From assembly GCF_902472605.1 (NCBI RefSeq), contig NZ_CABROP010000009.1:4434-68433 (forward strand): a DNA stretch of 64,000 bases. Reading direction: 5' to 3'. Positions 8,469-19,055 of this stretch are shown here, piece by piece. The position numbers and the translations under genes were made by a program. The notes below the pieces were generated by a model that was not told where the DNA came from, did no database searches, and was given only the letters and a program-made list of their open reading frames with translations. Origin of the DNA: an uncultured Bacteroides sp. GTDB taxonomy: Bacteria > Bacteroidota > Bacteroidia > Bacteroidales > Bacteroidaceae. The stretch's first letter is position 1, and every line of letters begins with the position of its first letter.

Positions 8469-11291
8469 ATGAATAAATATATAATGAAGTCAGGCCTCAT
8501 GTTGCTTTTGATGGCAGGGGGAATTTCTGCGCAGGCACAGGTACAATTGCCGGATCTAGATAAACAGAAAGTGGATCTTGGCTATGGTATCCAGCATAGC
8601 GAATTATTGAGTACGGCATCCACAATGACAATTACGGCAGAGGAATTGCAACAGACTTCCGCCGTAAGTCTGGCCGAAGCCTTGTATGGTAAATTGCTGG
8701 GACTTACTACAATCAACAATGGAGGTTTTGCCGGAGATGAAGATTTTGGAGCGATTTTTAATATCCGAGGCGTACAGACTTACAACGATGATACGAGCAA
8801 TTTATTGGGTGATAAAAACCGTATTTTGATTTTGGTGGATGGATATGAACGTCCGATTAATCGTCTGACTGTAGAAGAGGTGGAAAGTGTGACGGTGTTG
8901 AAGGATGCGGCTGCAGTAGCTTTATTGGGACATAAAGGTGTCAATGGAGCCATCTTGGTAAAGACGAAAAGAGGAATGGAAGGAAAAACGCAGATAAAGG
9001 TAGGGTATAGCCATAAATTTACCTTTGACCCGGAATTCGCTGAGATGATGGACGGATACGGATATGCTTCCGCCTTGAACCAGGGACGTCTGAATGACGG
9101 ATTGACTCCTACGTATTCAGACCAGGAACTGGAACTGATTAAGAATGGTACCGATCCTTATTTTTATCCGAATGTAAACTGGAAGAATGAAGCTTTCAAG
9201 AACAGAGGCTCAGAAGACCGGGCTAACCTGTCTATATCAGGAGGTAGTGATAAGGTGAAGTATTACACGATGATGGATTATACTCAGAATAAGGGTTTGT
9301 TGAAAAATACCAAACAGGCAGAGTATTCATCTCAATTAAAATATTCAAAGGCTAACATTCGTGCCAATGTGGATTTTACCTTATCGCCAACTACCCGCAT
9401 TTCTGCCAATGTGCTGGGAATTTTTATTGAAACCTCCCAGCCTAACGACGTGGATGCAAACGGAGCTACATGGTATGTGTATCGTACTCCGATGAGTGCG
9501 TTCCCGCTCCGTACCTCTTCCGGTTATTGGGGAGGTAATGAAGCCTATGGTGACGGTAACATTGCAGCCAAGATTCAGGAGTCTGGTTTCCTTAAATCTC
9601 ATCAGCGCCAGTTGTGGGCTGATGCGACTTTGGTACAGGATTTGGATTTCTGGGTGAAAGGATTGAGTTTCAGAGCCAGTATCGGATATGACAATTCGTC
9701 TATTACGAAAGAGTCCAGATACAAAGGTCACCAATATGCATATGAATACTATACCGGAGCAATCGGTGATAAAGACCATGTGCAGGAAGTCGTGATGGGT
9801 AACAAGGAAAACAACCTGACTTTCTCACACTGGGTAGACAGCCAGTGGCGTAGAGGAAAAGCTTCATTGGGACTTTACTATCAGAATTCTTTCCTTGATA
9901 ATGATCATTTCTCTGCTGCGGTCATCTATGATGCGAGCAGTGATATTTCAGATGGGCAAGGCAATACGTTTTATCGTACCAACTGGACCGGTACGGCACA
10001 CTACGATTTAGACAATAAATATTTGTTCGACCTGACTTTGGCTGCCAACGGTTCAAACCGTAGCTACCCTGCCAAATGGGCGTTCTCACCGACTTTAGGT
10101 TTAGGATACATCTTTGCCAATGATTCAAAAGCAAAGGTGCTGAACGTAGGTAAGGTACGTGCTTCTGCGGGTATCCAGCATTACGATTATGTACCGGGCA
10201 TTGGTCTTTGGTTGGAAAACTGGAGTACGAACAACGGTAATTTCTTCTATGGTGAAGCAAATGCAGAGAGCTGGGGTATGTTTATGACTTCTTTCCCTAC
10301 TACGAACTTCTCACAGGAAACTGCCGCCAAACTGAATGTCGGAACTGATATGCGTTTCTTCAATGCCCTTGACTTTACGTTAGACCTCTATTATCAGCAG
10401 CGTAGTCACATCTTGGTTTCTGCTCAGGACCAGAACTCATGGGTAGCAGGTATTCAGTCTGCTTACGATGATGTAGGTAAAGTGACCAGCTATGGTTTGG
10501 AAGTAGGGGCGCGCTATGCGAAAAAACTGTCCGACAAGTTCTGTTTGAATGCAGGTGCCTTCTTCACTCTTTCTCATAATGAGATAGCCAATGTGATTGA
10601 GAATCCGGCTTATCCGAATCTTTCAAAAATCGGACATGGCGTAGATGAGGCCTGGGGATTGGAAAGTATCGGCTTTTTCAAAGACCAGAACGACATTGAT
10701 GCAAGTCCCAAACAGGAATTCTCAAGTGTAAAACCTGGTGATATCAAATATAAAGATCAGAATGGCGACAATGTGATTAATGAGTTTGATATGGTGGGCT
10801 TGGGAAAAGGTTATTCAGTTCCGGCCATGAACTATTCATTTAATTTTGGACTGGAATACCAAGGTTTCGGATTGAACTTCACTTTCCAGGGATCAAACAA
10901 CCAGATTAAAGACCTCAAAGGAGTGGATGGTGTATGGAAGGTGCTTGCTGATAATAACAACCTGTCAACGGAGTACTACAATCATTGCTGGGATGTGGTT
11001 GGAGACCAGGCAATCTATCCTCGATTGGCTTCTCAGGAAACACAGAACAACGTACAGAATAGCACGGTGTGGTATAAAAATGTCAGCTATCTGAAAATGA
11101 GATATTGTGAGTTGTACTACAAGTTGCCGAATCAGTGGTTGCAGCATGCGCATATTGCGGGTGCAAAGCTTTTCCTGCAAGGTGAGAACCTGCTTACATT
11201 TGATAATGTGGGAGCAATGGATGCGGAAGTTCTTTCTACGAGATACCCGATTCTGAAATCAGTGAATGTGGGCTTATCTGTTACATTTTAA
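8469..11291 (+). CDS. susC: SusC-like TonB-dependent transporter (2), short N-terminus
   Basis: Plug motif VTVLKDAAAVALLGHKGVNGAILVKTKRG, PGDIKYKDQNGD, terminal YPILKSVNVGLSVTF. Confidence 0.93.
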   Translation: MNKYIMKSGLMLLLMAGGISAQAQVQLPDLDKQKVDLGYGIQHSELLSTASTMTITAEELQQTSAVSLAEALYGKLLGLTTINNGGFAGDEDFGAIFNIRGVQTYNDDTSNLLGDKNRILILVDGYERPINRLTVEEVESVTVLKDAAAVALLGHKGVNGAILVKTKRGMEGKTQIKVGYSHKFTFDPEFAEMMDGYGYASALNQGRLNDGLTPTYSDQELELIKNGTDPYFYPNVNWKNEAFKNRGSEDRANLSISGGSDKVKYYTMMDYTQNKGLLKNTKQAEYSSQLKYSKANIRANVDFTLSPTTRISANVLGIFIETSQPNDVDANGATWYVYRTPMSAFPLRTSSGYWGGNEAYGDGNIAAKIQESGFLKSHQRQLWADATLVQDLDFWVKGLSFRASIGYDNSSITKESRYKGHQYAYEYYTGAIGDKDHVQEVVMGNKENNLTFSHWVDSQWRRGKASLGLYYQNSFLDNDHFSAAVIYDASSDISDGQGNTFYRTNWTGTAHYDLDNKYLFDLTLAANGSNRSYPAKWAFSPTLGLGYIFANDSKAKVLNVGKVRASAGIQHYDYVPGIGLWLENWSTNNGNFFYGEANAESWGMFMTSFPTTNFSQETAAKLNVGTDMRFFNALDFTLDLYYQQRSHILVSAQDQNSWVAGIQSAYDDVGKVTSYGLEVGARYAKKLSDKFCLNAGAFFTLSHNEIANVIENPAYPNLSKIGHGVDEAWGLESIGFFKDQNDIDASPKQEFSSVKPGDIKYKDQNGDNVINEFDMVGLGKGYSVPAMNYSFNFGLEYQGFGLNFTFQGSNNQIKDLKGVDGVWKVLADNNNLSTEYYNHCWDVVGDQAIYPRLASQETQNNVQNSTVWYKNVSYLKMRYCELYYKLPNQWLQHAHIAGAKLFLQGENLLTFDNVGAMDAEVLSTRYPILKSVNVGLSVTF

Positions 11292-11303
11292 TTTAAAAAC
11301 ATC

Positions 11304-12998
11304 ATGATAATGAAATTCAAAGGATTATTTTTAATAGGCCTCGCAGGCGCAATGAGTCTGGCCGGTTGCGTGGATTTGAACTATAATGAAGCTACGGTTA
11401 CTGGTGAAGATTGGGTATATGAAAATCCAACGGACGGGGTGAAACGAATGGTTTCTGATGTCTATGCACAGATGTTCAATGATTTTGATTCAATCTATGG
11501 AGGAGCAATTAAGGCTTCAGCTACTGATGAGGCTGATTTTGCCAACTCTCTTTCCGATATACATAAATTCTATAACGGAGGTTGGAGTGCTGCCAATCCT
11601 TTCTCAACAACCTGGCAGCGGGCGTACAGAGCCATTGCAGAAGTGCATATATATCTGGAAAAAATCGATAAAGTTGATTTAAGCGATTACGAATACGATA
11701 GTAACTATCCGAACATGGTTTTACAGTTCGGCCTTTACCCTTACGAACTTCGTTTCTTACGGGCTTATTACTATTTCGAGCTTGCCAGAGCTTATGGCGA
11801 TGTGCCATTGGTTCTTAAATCTTTGACGAACGAAGAAGCGAATAATGTGACCCGAACTCCGGTACAGGATGTTTTCAAGTTTATTGTAAAAGAGTGTGAT
11901 GAAATTGCAGAATATTTGCCGATTAGCTATCGGAATGAACCGGGTGCAGAGATTGGCCGTGCTACTCGTGGGGCTGCCATGGCTTTGAAAGCCAGAACCT
12001 TGTTGTATGCTGCTTCTCCTTTGTTTAACAAAGATAACAATCAGGAATTGTGGCATGAAGCTGCTGTGGCATGTAGGGATTTGCTGGATCGTGCAGGCGA
12101 ATGGGGAATTACGTTGAGCAGTTATTCCACGTTGTGGGGACATAATGCAAATACGAACTCAGAACTGATATTAGGTATCAACCGAGGTGAGTCGAATACG
12201 TTTGAGAGAAACAATTATCCGGTAGGCGTGGAAAACGGAAGTTCAGGTAACTGTCCAACCCAATCATTGGTAGATGTTTATGAGTATAAGGACAATGGAG
12301 AGACCTTTGGGCAACGTCATCCTGGAGATATCAATGTCACAAAAGAGAATCCTTATGAGGGACTGGATCCGCGTTTTGCCATGACGATTGTGAAAAATGG
12401 CGACCAATGGCCTACCAACAGTGCACAGAAGATTACCATCGAGACGTATGAGGGCGGATTTAATGGTGCACCTAAATATAATGCCACCACTACGGGATAT
12501 TATTTGCGTAAGTATGTAGATGGCAACTGCGTGACTACTTACAACAACCCGTCTACACAGAGACATACTTGGATTGTATTCCGCTTGGCTGAAATGTATC
12601 TGGATTATGCAGAAGCCATGTATAATTATTATGGCGATGCAGATGCAAAAGGCGATCTGGGTATGAGTGCCAATGAGGCCATCAATGTATTGAGAAACCG
12701 TTCAGATATTCAGATGCCTGAATTTACAGGTTCTGCTGGATTTATGGAGCGCTACCGTAGAGAAAGAATGGTGGAACTGGCATTTGAGGATCATCGTTTC
12801 TGGGATGTACGTCGGTGGAAGATTGGTAATTCCGCATTTGCCTCCGTACAGGGAGCAGACCTGAAACTGGTGAATGGCGATGTGATGCTTTCCAGAAAAA
12901 CCATCGCACGTGGATGGGATGATAAGTATTATTTGTTCCCGATTCCACAGTCTGAAATTCAGAAGAATCCTAAGTTAACTCAAAATCCGGGATGGTAA
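11304..12998 (+). CDS. susD: SusD/RagB lipoprotein (2)
   Basis: Lipobox LAGC, ELRFLRAYYYFELARAYGDVPL, GRATRGAAMALKAR, ERMVELAFEDHRFWDVRRW, QNPGW. Confidence 0.96.
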   Translation: MIMKFKGLFLIGLAGAMSLAGCVDLNYNEATVTGEDWVYENPTDGVKRMVSDVYAQMFNDFDSIYGGAIKASATDEADFANSLSDIHKFYNGGWSAANPFSTTWQRAYRAIAEVHIYLEKIDKVDLSDYEYDSNYPNMVLQFGLYPYELRFLRAYYYFELARAYGDVPLVLKSLTNEEANNVTRTPVQDVFKFIVKECDEIAEYLPISYRNEPGAEIGRATRGAAMALKARTLLYAASPLFNKDNNQELWHEAAVACRDLLDRAGEWGITLSSYSTLWGHNANTNSELILGINRGESNTFERNNYPVGVENGSSGNCPTQSLVDVYEYKDNGETFGQRHPGDINVTKENPYEGLDPRFAMTIVKNGDQWPTNSAQKITIETYEGGFNGAPKYNATTTGYYLRKYVDGNCVTTYNNPSTQRHTWIVFRLAEMYLDYAEAMYNYYGDADAKGDLGMSANEAINVLRNRSDIQMPEFTGSAGFMERYRRERMVELAFEDHRFWDVRRWKIGNSAFASVQGADLKLVNGDVMLSRKTIARGWDDKYYLFPIPQSEIQKNPKLTQNPGW

Positions 12999-13016
12999 AT
13001 ATAAAATGATTGTATT

Positions 13017-14036
13017 ATGAAGAAAGTAAATCGTTATCTAAGTTTAATTATAGGAGGAATCATGGCAGTGGGCTTGTTTGCCTGCTCTGATGAGGCCAAG
13101 GAAGAAGGGGGTGAAAGCCTTTCAGTAGTCGTATTTAGTCCTACGCATGCGGTCCCTGGAGAAACCGTGACTATTGTGGGCACCGGTTTGGACAAGGTAG
13201 AGGCTGTGACGTTTTTGGGTGAAAACCGGGTGACGGATATTCAGGTAACCAATGAGAACCAGATACAGGTAAAACTGCCGGCTACGCTGGGAGAATCTAC
13301 CGGTAAGGTGACTGTAGAGGCCGAAGGCCAGACTGTGACTGCCGGTTTGGATATGGTGATTGTCATCCCTACGATTGAAGCATATACTCCTGCGGAAGTG
13401 CAGGCAGGCGAAGAACTGGAACTGAGCGGTACATATTTAGACCGTATTAGTTCAATCATTTTCCCGGGTAATCATGTCGTGAAAGCAATTGACTTCATCC
13501 GGAAGTCTGACAATGTATTGCGTGTCAATGTACCTGAAGAAGTACCTACTTGTTCAGAAGCTTTGACACTGGTAACCACAGGCGGGCAAAACCTGACTTC
13601 ACCTGTTATGAGCTTCAAGGAGAAGCCGGCTGGTGAATGGGTTGAAGAAGAAACTACTGTATGGGATGGCGGTGATTCCCCAGTAACTCTGACTTGGGGA
13701 GGTGGACTGAATCTGAAGGCAGAGTGGTTCACCAGCGAAATGCAGGTGGGCGATAAGATGACTTTCTATTTCCATCTCTTGGATAGTGCTGACGGTAATA
13801 TGATTAAGGTCTATGATAGTAACTGGTCTTCTATCCTTGATATCAATGATGTCAGTGGAAGTGGAGATACAAATGCTGCAAGAGACGTGGCAGGCTTGAC
13901 GGAACTCACTTTCGATATTAAGTCTGATTATTTACCTTGGTTTAATAAAGACAGTGGAGATGCCATGATTGTCACAGGTACCGGTGTAGCTTTGGATAGA
14001 GTCACTTGGACTCATAGTGTGTGGGTTGAAAAATAA
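13017..14036 (+). CDS. Surface glycan-binding lipoprotein with two IPT/TIG domains and a C-terminal CBM-like domain
   Basis: Lipobox LFAC followed by acidic residues; repeats FSPTHAVPGETVTIVGTGL and YTPAEVQAGEELELSGTYL; Trp-rich C-terminal domain; lies directly after susD. Confidence 0.8.
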   Translation: MKKVNRYLSLIIGGIMAVGLFACSDEAKEEGGESLSVVVFSPTHAVPGETVTIVGTGLDKVEAVTFLGENRVTDIQVTNENQIQVKLPATLGESTGKVTVEAEGQTVTAGLDMVIVIPTIEAYTPAEVQAGEELELSGTYLDRISSIIFPGNHVVKAIDFIRKSDNVLRVNVPEEVPTCSEALTLVTTGGQNLTSPVMSFKEKPAGEWVEEETTVWDGGDSPVTLTWGGGLNLKAEWFTSEMQVGDKMTFYFHLLDSADGNMIKVYDSNWSSILDINDVSGSGDTNAARDVAGLTELTFDIKSDYLPWFNKDSGDAMIVTGTGVALDRVTWTHSVWVEK

Positions 14037-14058
14037 CATAGAGTTTGAATGATAAGAT

Positions 14059-14130
14059 GGATGTGCAGAATGGAAAGATGATTGAAATGCTGTGTCAGTA
14101 TCTGGGTACATTCCTGCACATCCTGTTTTT
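14059..14130 (+). terminator. Intra-operon stem-loop with U-tract (terminator/attenuator-like)
   Basis: ggatgtgcag-aatg (14059-14072) pairs with cattcctgcacatcc (14109-14123), followed by tgttttt. Confidence 0.45.
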
Positions 14131-14143
14131 CTATTGTAAGAAT

Positions 14144-15730
14144 ATGAAGTGTAAATTTTTATTTCTGAGTTTGATATTATTGCTGGGGAGCCTGTATGGA
14201 TGTACAGATTCTGAAAATGAAGCTGGTGGTGTTTCTTCAGCAAAGGTGATAGAGAGTGATCCGGTCGATGGGGCCACGGAGGTAGATCCGGAATTATCTA
14301 CCATTACATTCACATTTGATAAAGCGGTATCCCTGGCTTCAAATTGGGATAAGTTTACTTTGGAGCCAGCTACCCAGATTACTCATGTCTCTGCAACGGT
14401 CAGAACGCTCAAAGTGGCCGTTCCGAAATTGCAGTGGAATACACAATATACGTTGACTATTCCGCAGGGAGCTTTGGTCGATCACTATAACAATGCGGTG
14501 GGTGAGGTGAAGATTAGTTTCACTACGGCTGCCTTGATAGACGGTAGTCAACCCGATCAGACAGGTATGGAGAGTGATGCCTTTGCTTTGTTCAAGAAAA
14601 TCAAGGTGGGATGGAACTTAGGAAACTCACTGGAAAGTTATAACGAAGGAATGGCCAACCACATGGATGCAGAAACCTCATGGGGAAATCCGGCAGTGAC
14701 GAAAGATATGATTGATGCGGTGAAAAATGCCGGATTCAATGCCGTGCGCATTCCTGTCAGATGGTATCCGCATGTGACCGATCAGAATACCATGGCCGAA
14801 GTCAAGACCGAATGGCTGGATCGTGTCAAACAAGTAGTAGATTACTGCATCGACAACGGCATGTATGTGATTTTGAATACCCATCATGAAGACTGGCTGG
14901 AAAGCCATCCGCTGGTAGAAGAAGCAGAAACGGTATTGATGAAAGAAAGAAATCTGTGGCATGCCATTGCCACTTTCTTTAAAGATTATGACGAACACCT
15001 GATATTTTCTGGTACCAATGAGGTAGAAATAAACTGGCAGGCTCCTACGGCCGACAACTTGCAGGCACAGAATAATTTCAACCAGTGCTTTGTAGATGCT
15101 GTTCGTTCTACGGGTGGAAAAAACTATTACCGTAATTTGATTATTCAAACGTATGCCACCAATCCGGATTATGCCTTCTCTGATTATGCAAACGGTCATT
15201 TGACTTTCCCAACCGATGTAGTGGAAAACAGAATTGCCATCGAATTCCATTTTTATCGTCCGGCTGGTTTCTCTTATATGGATTTTGCGGATTATACAGA
15301 GACGGTGTACTATTGGGGAAAAGATTATATCCAGTATAATACGGGGGCCTCAAATGAGCAGGAAGATTATGTAGATTGGTTGTTTGGTAAGATCAAACAG
15401 GAATGGGTTGATAAAGGTTATCCGGTAGTAATGGGTGAATATGGTGTAGTTACGCCTCCGAAAGATAAATCGGATGGAAATGTAAACGATTTGGCCGATA
15501 CAAAGCGGTATTATATGACTTATGTCACTTCCGCGGCGAAAAGAAACGGAATTGTTCCGATTGTGTGGGACAATGGTACTTTCTATAATCCTTTGTACGA
15601 CGGACCGTTTGTGGAAGGAAAAGAATATTTCGGCTTGTTCAACAGATGGTACCAGATGCAGCTGAATAATTATTCAGAACCTATCGTTGAAGGCATCATG
15701 GAAGGGGCAAAGACAGAGTATCCATTTTAA
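14144..15730 (+). CDS. GH5 (GH5_4-like) endo-beta-glucanase lipoprotein with N-terminal Ig-like (Big_5-type) domain
   Basis: Start moved to ATG 14144 (MKCKFLF...LYGC lipobox). GWNLGNSLE, ETSWGNP, GFNAVRIPVRW, ILNTHHE, acid/base TNEV, nucleophile MGEYG, VWDNG. Confidence 0.9.
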   Translation: MKCKFLFLSLILLLGSLYGCTDSENEAGGVSSAKVIESDPVDGATEVDPELSTITFTFDKAVSLASNWDKFTLEPATQITHVSATVRTLKVAVPKLQWNTQYTLTIPQGALVDHYNNAVGEVKISFTTAALIDGSQPDQTGMESDAFALFKKIKVGWNLGNSLESYNEGMANHMDAETSWGNPAVTKDMIDAVKNAGFNAVRIPVRWYPHVTDQNTMAEVKTEWLDRVKQVVDYCIDNGMYVILNTHHEDWLESHPLVEEAETVLMKERNLWHAIATFFKDYDEHLIFSGTNEVEINWQAPTADNLQAQNNFNQCFVDAVRSTGGKNYYRNLIIQTYATNPDYAFSDYANGHLTFPTDVVENRIAIEFHFYRPAGFSYMDFADYTETVYYWGKDYIQYNTGASNEQEDYVDWLFGKIKQEWVDKGYPVVMGEYGVVTPPKDKSDGNVNDLADTKRYYMTYVTSAAKRNGIVPIVWDNGTFYNPLYDGPFVEGKEYFGLFNRWYQMQLNNYSEPIVEGIMEGAKTEYPF

Positions 15731-15741
15731 AGATTGAGTGT

Positions 15742-18700
15742 ATGAAAAAGTTATTGATTTTGATATTGCTGGTCGTATTCTCTGTAGGAGGTTATGCCTC
15801 TTCGCAGAAGGCTTTTGAGATTAAGCGAGGCATCAACCTGAGCCACTGGTTGTCGCAGCGGATTCCGAACGGCCCTTCCATACAGGAGGGAATGAATGAG
15901 ACAGATTTTAACCGGATTGCCCGGGCGGGATTTGATCATGTGCGCTTGCCGATTGATGAAGAGGTGCTGTGGTACGAAAACGGTGAAAAGAATAAAGAGG
16001 CTTTCTCCTATCTGCACAAAGGTATTCAATGGGCGTTGCAGAACGATTTGAAGGTGATTGTAGACTTGCATATTGTACGTTCGCATTATTTCAATGCCGG
16101 TCATGATGGCAAGAAGAATATGTTGTGGGAAAGTGCGGAAGCCCAGAAACATTTCCTTCAGCTTTGGGTAGAACTGGTGCAGGAGTTGAAAGGATATCCT
16201 ACTTCCGACGTGGCTTATGAAATTATGAATGAACCTACCGCTCCCAAGCATGAGGACTGGAACAAACTGGTGGAGAAGACTTATCAGGTAATCCGAAAAG
16301 TGGAAAAAGAAAGAGTCATTGTCATCGGTTCCAACATGTGGCAGGGAGTGTATACTTTCCCGTTCTTGAAAGTACCCGAGGGTGATGAATATATTTTGCT
16401 GAGCTGCCATTTTTATGAGCCGTTCTTGTTGACCCATTATCGGGCCAGTTGGACGGAATTTGGCAACTACCAGGGCACCGTGCATTATCCGGGTGAACTG
16501 GTTACCAAGCAAGAATTTGATGCGTTGTCTGAAGCTGACCAGAAAGTAACGAAACGTTTCCGTGGAATGGTCTGGGACAAGGCGATGCTGGCTGCTTACC
16601 TGTCAAAGGCAAAGCAGGTGGCCGATGAAAAAGGACTCAATCTGTATTGCGGTGAATTCGGGGTGTATGAGAAAGCGCCCAAGGCCGATGCTTTGAGATG
16701 GTTCAAGGATGTGATTTCCGTATTTGACAGTCTGCATATCGCGTGGTCTATGTGGGATTACAAAGATAGTTTTGGTGCGTTCACTCCGCAGGGACTTCCT
16801 AAGAAAGAGTTGATGCATACTTTGATGTCGGGTAGTGGCAAGAAAGTGGTAGTAGGAGAGACTCCGGTGTATCTGGATGCCCGGAAACCGTTGGAACTTC
16901 GTGTGAAAGATGCTTTGAGCCGAATGACTTTGGAAGAAAAGACCCGTTTGAGTTACGCCGACGGACGGTTCAGTACACCGGGATGTGCCCGTTTGGGCAT
17001 TCCGGGACTGATGTACTCCGACGGTCCTCATGGAGTACGTGCGGAAATTTGTTGGAACAGCTGGGATTATGCCGGCTGGACCAACGACAGCTGTACCGCT
17101 TTTCCGGCGCTGACTTGTCTGGCTTCTACTTGGAATCCTTCTTTGTCGAAGAAATATGGATTGGCTATCGGAGAAGAAGCCCGCTTTCGTCATAAAAATG
17201 TGTTGCTGGGTCCGGGTGTGAATATTTACCGGACTCCGCTGAACGGACGAAACTTTGAATACATGGGTGAAGATCCTTATTTGGCATCCCGGATGTGTGT
17301 ACCTTATATCCAGGGAGTACAGGAAAACGGGGTAGCAGCCTGCGTGAAACATTATGCCTTGAACAATCAGGAACACTGGCGGAATCACATTGACGTACAG
17401 GTCAGCGACCGGGCCTTGTATGAGATTTATCTTCCGGCTTTTAAGGCTGCGGTGACTGAAGGAAAAGTTTGGAGCATCATGGGAGCCTATAATAAAGTAA
17501 GAGGTACACATGCGGCACATAACAAGTTGTTGAACAACGATATTCTGAAAGGAGAATGGAATTTCGACGGATGTGTCGTGACCGATTGGGGAGCTGCGCA
17601 CGATACGTATGAGGCAGCCATGAACGGACTGGATCTGGAACTGGGTACCTATACCAATGGTTTGACTTCCAATTCCAACCAGGGATATGATAGTTATTAT
17701 CTGGGTAGCGCTTACTTGAACATGGTGAAAGAGGGTAAGGTGCCTATGAGTGTAGTCGATGATAAGGCTTCTCGGGTGTTGCGACTGATTTTCCGTACGG
17801 CTATGAATGAAGACGGTAAATTTGGCGCCATGTCAAATGACTCTCACTATGAAACCGCTTATGAGATAGCTACAGAAGGCATCGTATTATTGAAGAATAA
17901 AGCCGCATTTAAAGGAGAATCTTTATTACCTTTGAAGCAGGGTCAGTATAAACACATCTTGGTGGTCGGCGACAACGCTGTCCGTAACTTGATGGCAGGA
18001 GGTGGTTCTTCAGAATTGAAACCGAAGATGGTGATTACTCCACTGGAAGCCTTGGTTGACAAGCTTGGCAGCGATTGCGTGACTTTCTCTCAAGGATACA
18101 TGGCAAGCCGACCGATGTTCGATCGGGCAGATGTCATTTCTCAGTCGGTTGCAGATTCGCTTTACAATGCCGCCATTGAAGAAGCTCGTAAAGCCGATTT
18201 GGTCATCTTTATGGGAGGTCTAAACAAGAACTACCAGCAGGATTGTGAAGGAGAAGACCGTCGCGCCTACGAATTGCCTTATGGACAAGATCGTTTGATT
18301 GAAGGGCTGTTGAAAGCCAACAAGAAGCTCGTAGTGGTATTGACCAGCGGAAATGCAGTAGCCATGCCTTGGTTGAAGGAGGTACCCTCATTGGTACAGT
18401 CTTGGTATCTGGGCTCTATTGGGGGCAAGGCACTTGCCGATGTGCTGTTGGGCGAGGTGACTCCGAGTGGAAAGCTGCCGTTCTCTTATCCGGCCAAGCT
18501 GGAAGATTGTCCGGCACATTATTATGGAGAACTCAGTTATCCGGGCGACAGTATCCGTCAGGAATACAAGGAAGACATCCTGGTGGGCTATCGCTGGTAT
18601 GATACGAAACATATCCAACCGCTGTTCCCATTTGGTTATGGATTGAGTTATACGCAGTTTGAATATGGCAAACCTGTCATTTCAGCTTGTGAGATGAAAG

Positions 18701-19011
18701 ACGATGACGTGTTGGAAATTAGATGTAGCGTGAAGAACGTAGGGGATGTCGCTGGAAAGGAAACCGTACAGTTGTACATCGGCGATGAAAAATGTCGTGT
18801 GTTGCGTCCGGTAAAAGAATTGAAAGACTTCTATAAAGTCGCTCTTCAGCCCGGTGAGGAAAGAGAGATTGTATTTACCGTCGATAAAGAGGATTTGACA
18901 TTCTTCGATGACCAACTCCATGACTGGGTGGCCGAACCGGGTAAGTTCAAGGCTTATATCGGAAGTTCTTCCCAAGACATCAGGGGAGTGGTAGAGTTTG
19001 AATTGAACTAA
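15742..19011 (+). CDS. Bifunctional GH5 (CelC-like) + GH3 beta-glucosidase fusion
   Basis: N-half: [35 protein letters not shown]-half: [42 protein letters not shown], Fn3-like end. Confidence 0.92.
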   Translation: MKKLLILILLVVFSVGGYASSQKAFEIKRGINLSHWLSQRIPNGPSIQEGMNETDFNRIARAGFDHVRLPIDEEVLWYENGEKNKEAFSYLHKGIQWALQNDLKVIVDLHIVRSHYFNAGHDGKKNMLWESAEAQKHFLQLWVELVQELKGYPTSDVAYEIMNEPTAPKHEDWNKLVEKTYQVIRKVEKERVIVIGSNMWQGVYTFPFLKVPEGDEYILLSCHFYEPFLLTHYRASWTEFGNYQGTVHYPGELVTKQEFDALSEADQKVTKRFRGMVWDKAMLAAYLSKAKQVADEKGLNLYCGEFGVYEKAPKADALRWFKDVISVFDSLHIAWSMWDYKDSFGAFTPQGLPKKELMHTLMSGSGKKVVVGETPVYLDARKPLELRVKDALSRMTLEEKTRLSYADGRFSTPGCARLGIPGLMYSDGPHGVRAEICWNSWDYAGWTNDSCTAFPALTCLASTWNPSLSKKYGLAIGEEARFRHKNVLLGPGVNIYRTPLNGRNFEYMGEDPYLASRMCVPYIQGVQENGVAACVKHYALNNQEHWRNHIDVQVSDRALYEIYLPAFKAAVTEGKVWSIMGAYNKVRGTHAAHNKLLNNDILKGEWNFDGCVVTDWGAAHDTYEAAMNGLDLELGTYTNGLTSNSNQGYDSYYLGSAYLNMVKEGKVPMSVVDDKASRVLRLIFRTAMNEDGKFGAMSNDSHYETAYEIATEGIVLLKNKAAFKGESLLPLKQGQYKHILVVGDNAVRNLMAGGGSSELKPKMVITPLEALVDKLGSDCVTFSQGYMASRPMFDRADVISQSVADSLYNAAIEEARKADLVIFMGGLNKNYQQDCEGEDRRAYELPYGQDRLIEGLLKANKKLVVVLTSGNAVAMPWLKEVPSLVQSWYLGSIGGKALADVLLGEVTPSGKLPFSYPAKLEDCPAHYYGELSYPGDSIRQEYKEDILVGYRWYDTKHIQPLFPFGYGLSYTQFEYGKPVISACEMKDDDVLEIRCSVKNVGDVAGKETVQLYIGDEKCRVLRPVKELKDFYKVALQPGEEREIVFTVDKEDLTFFDDQLHDWVAEPGKFKAYIGSSSQDIRGVVEFELN

Positions 19012-19055
19012 GGCAAAGACCTTTTGAAAGAAAAGAAACCAAAATTATAGATACC

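Noticed and set aside
14045..14143. Extended N-termini in the ORF track (14045, 21361, 29032, 33046, 43944, 44192, 45087)
   Set aside because: Downstream ATGs give proper signal peptides or family N-termini; the extensions overlap hairpins, promoters or upstream genes.
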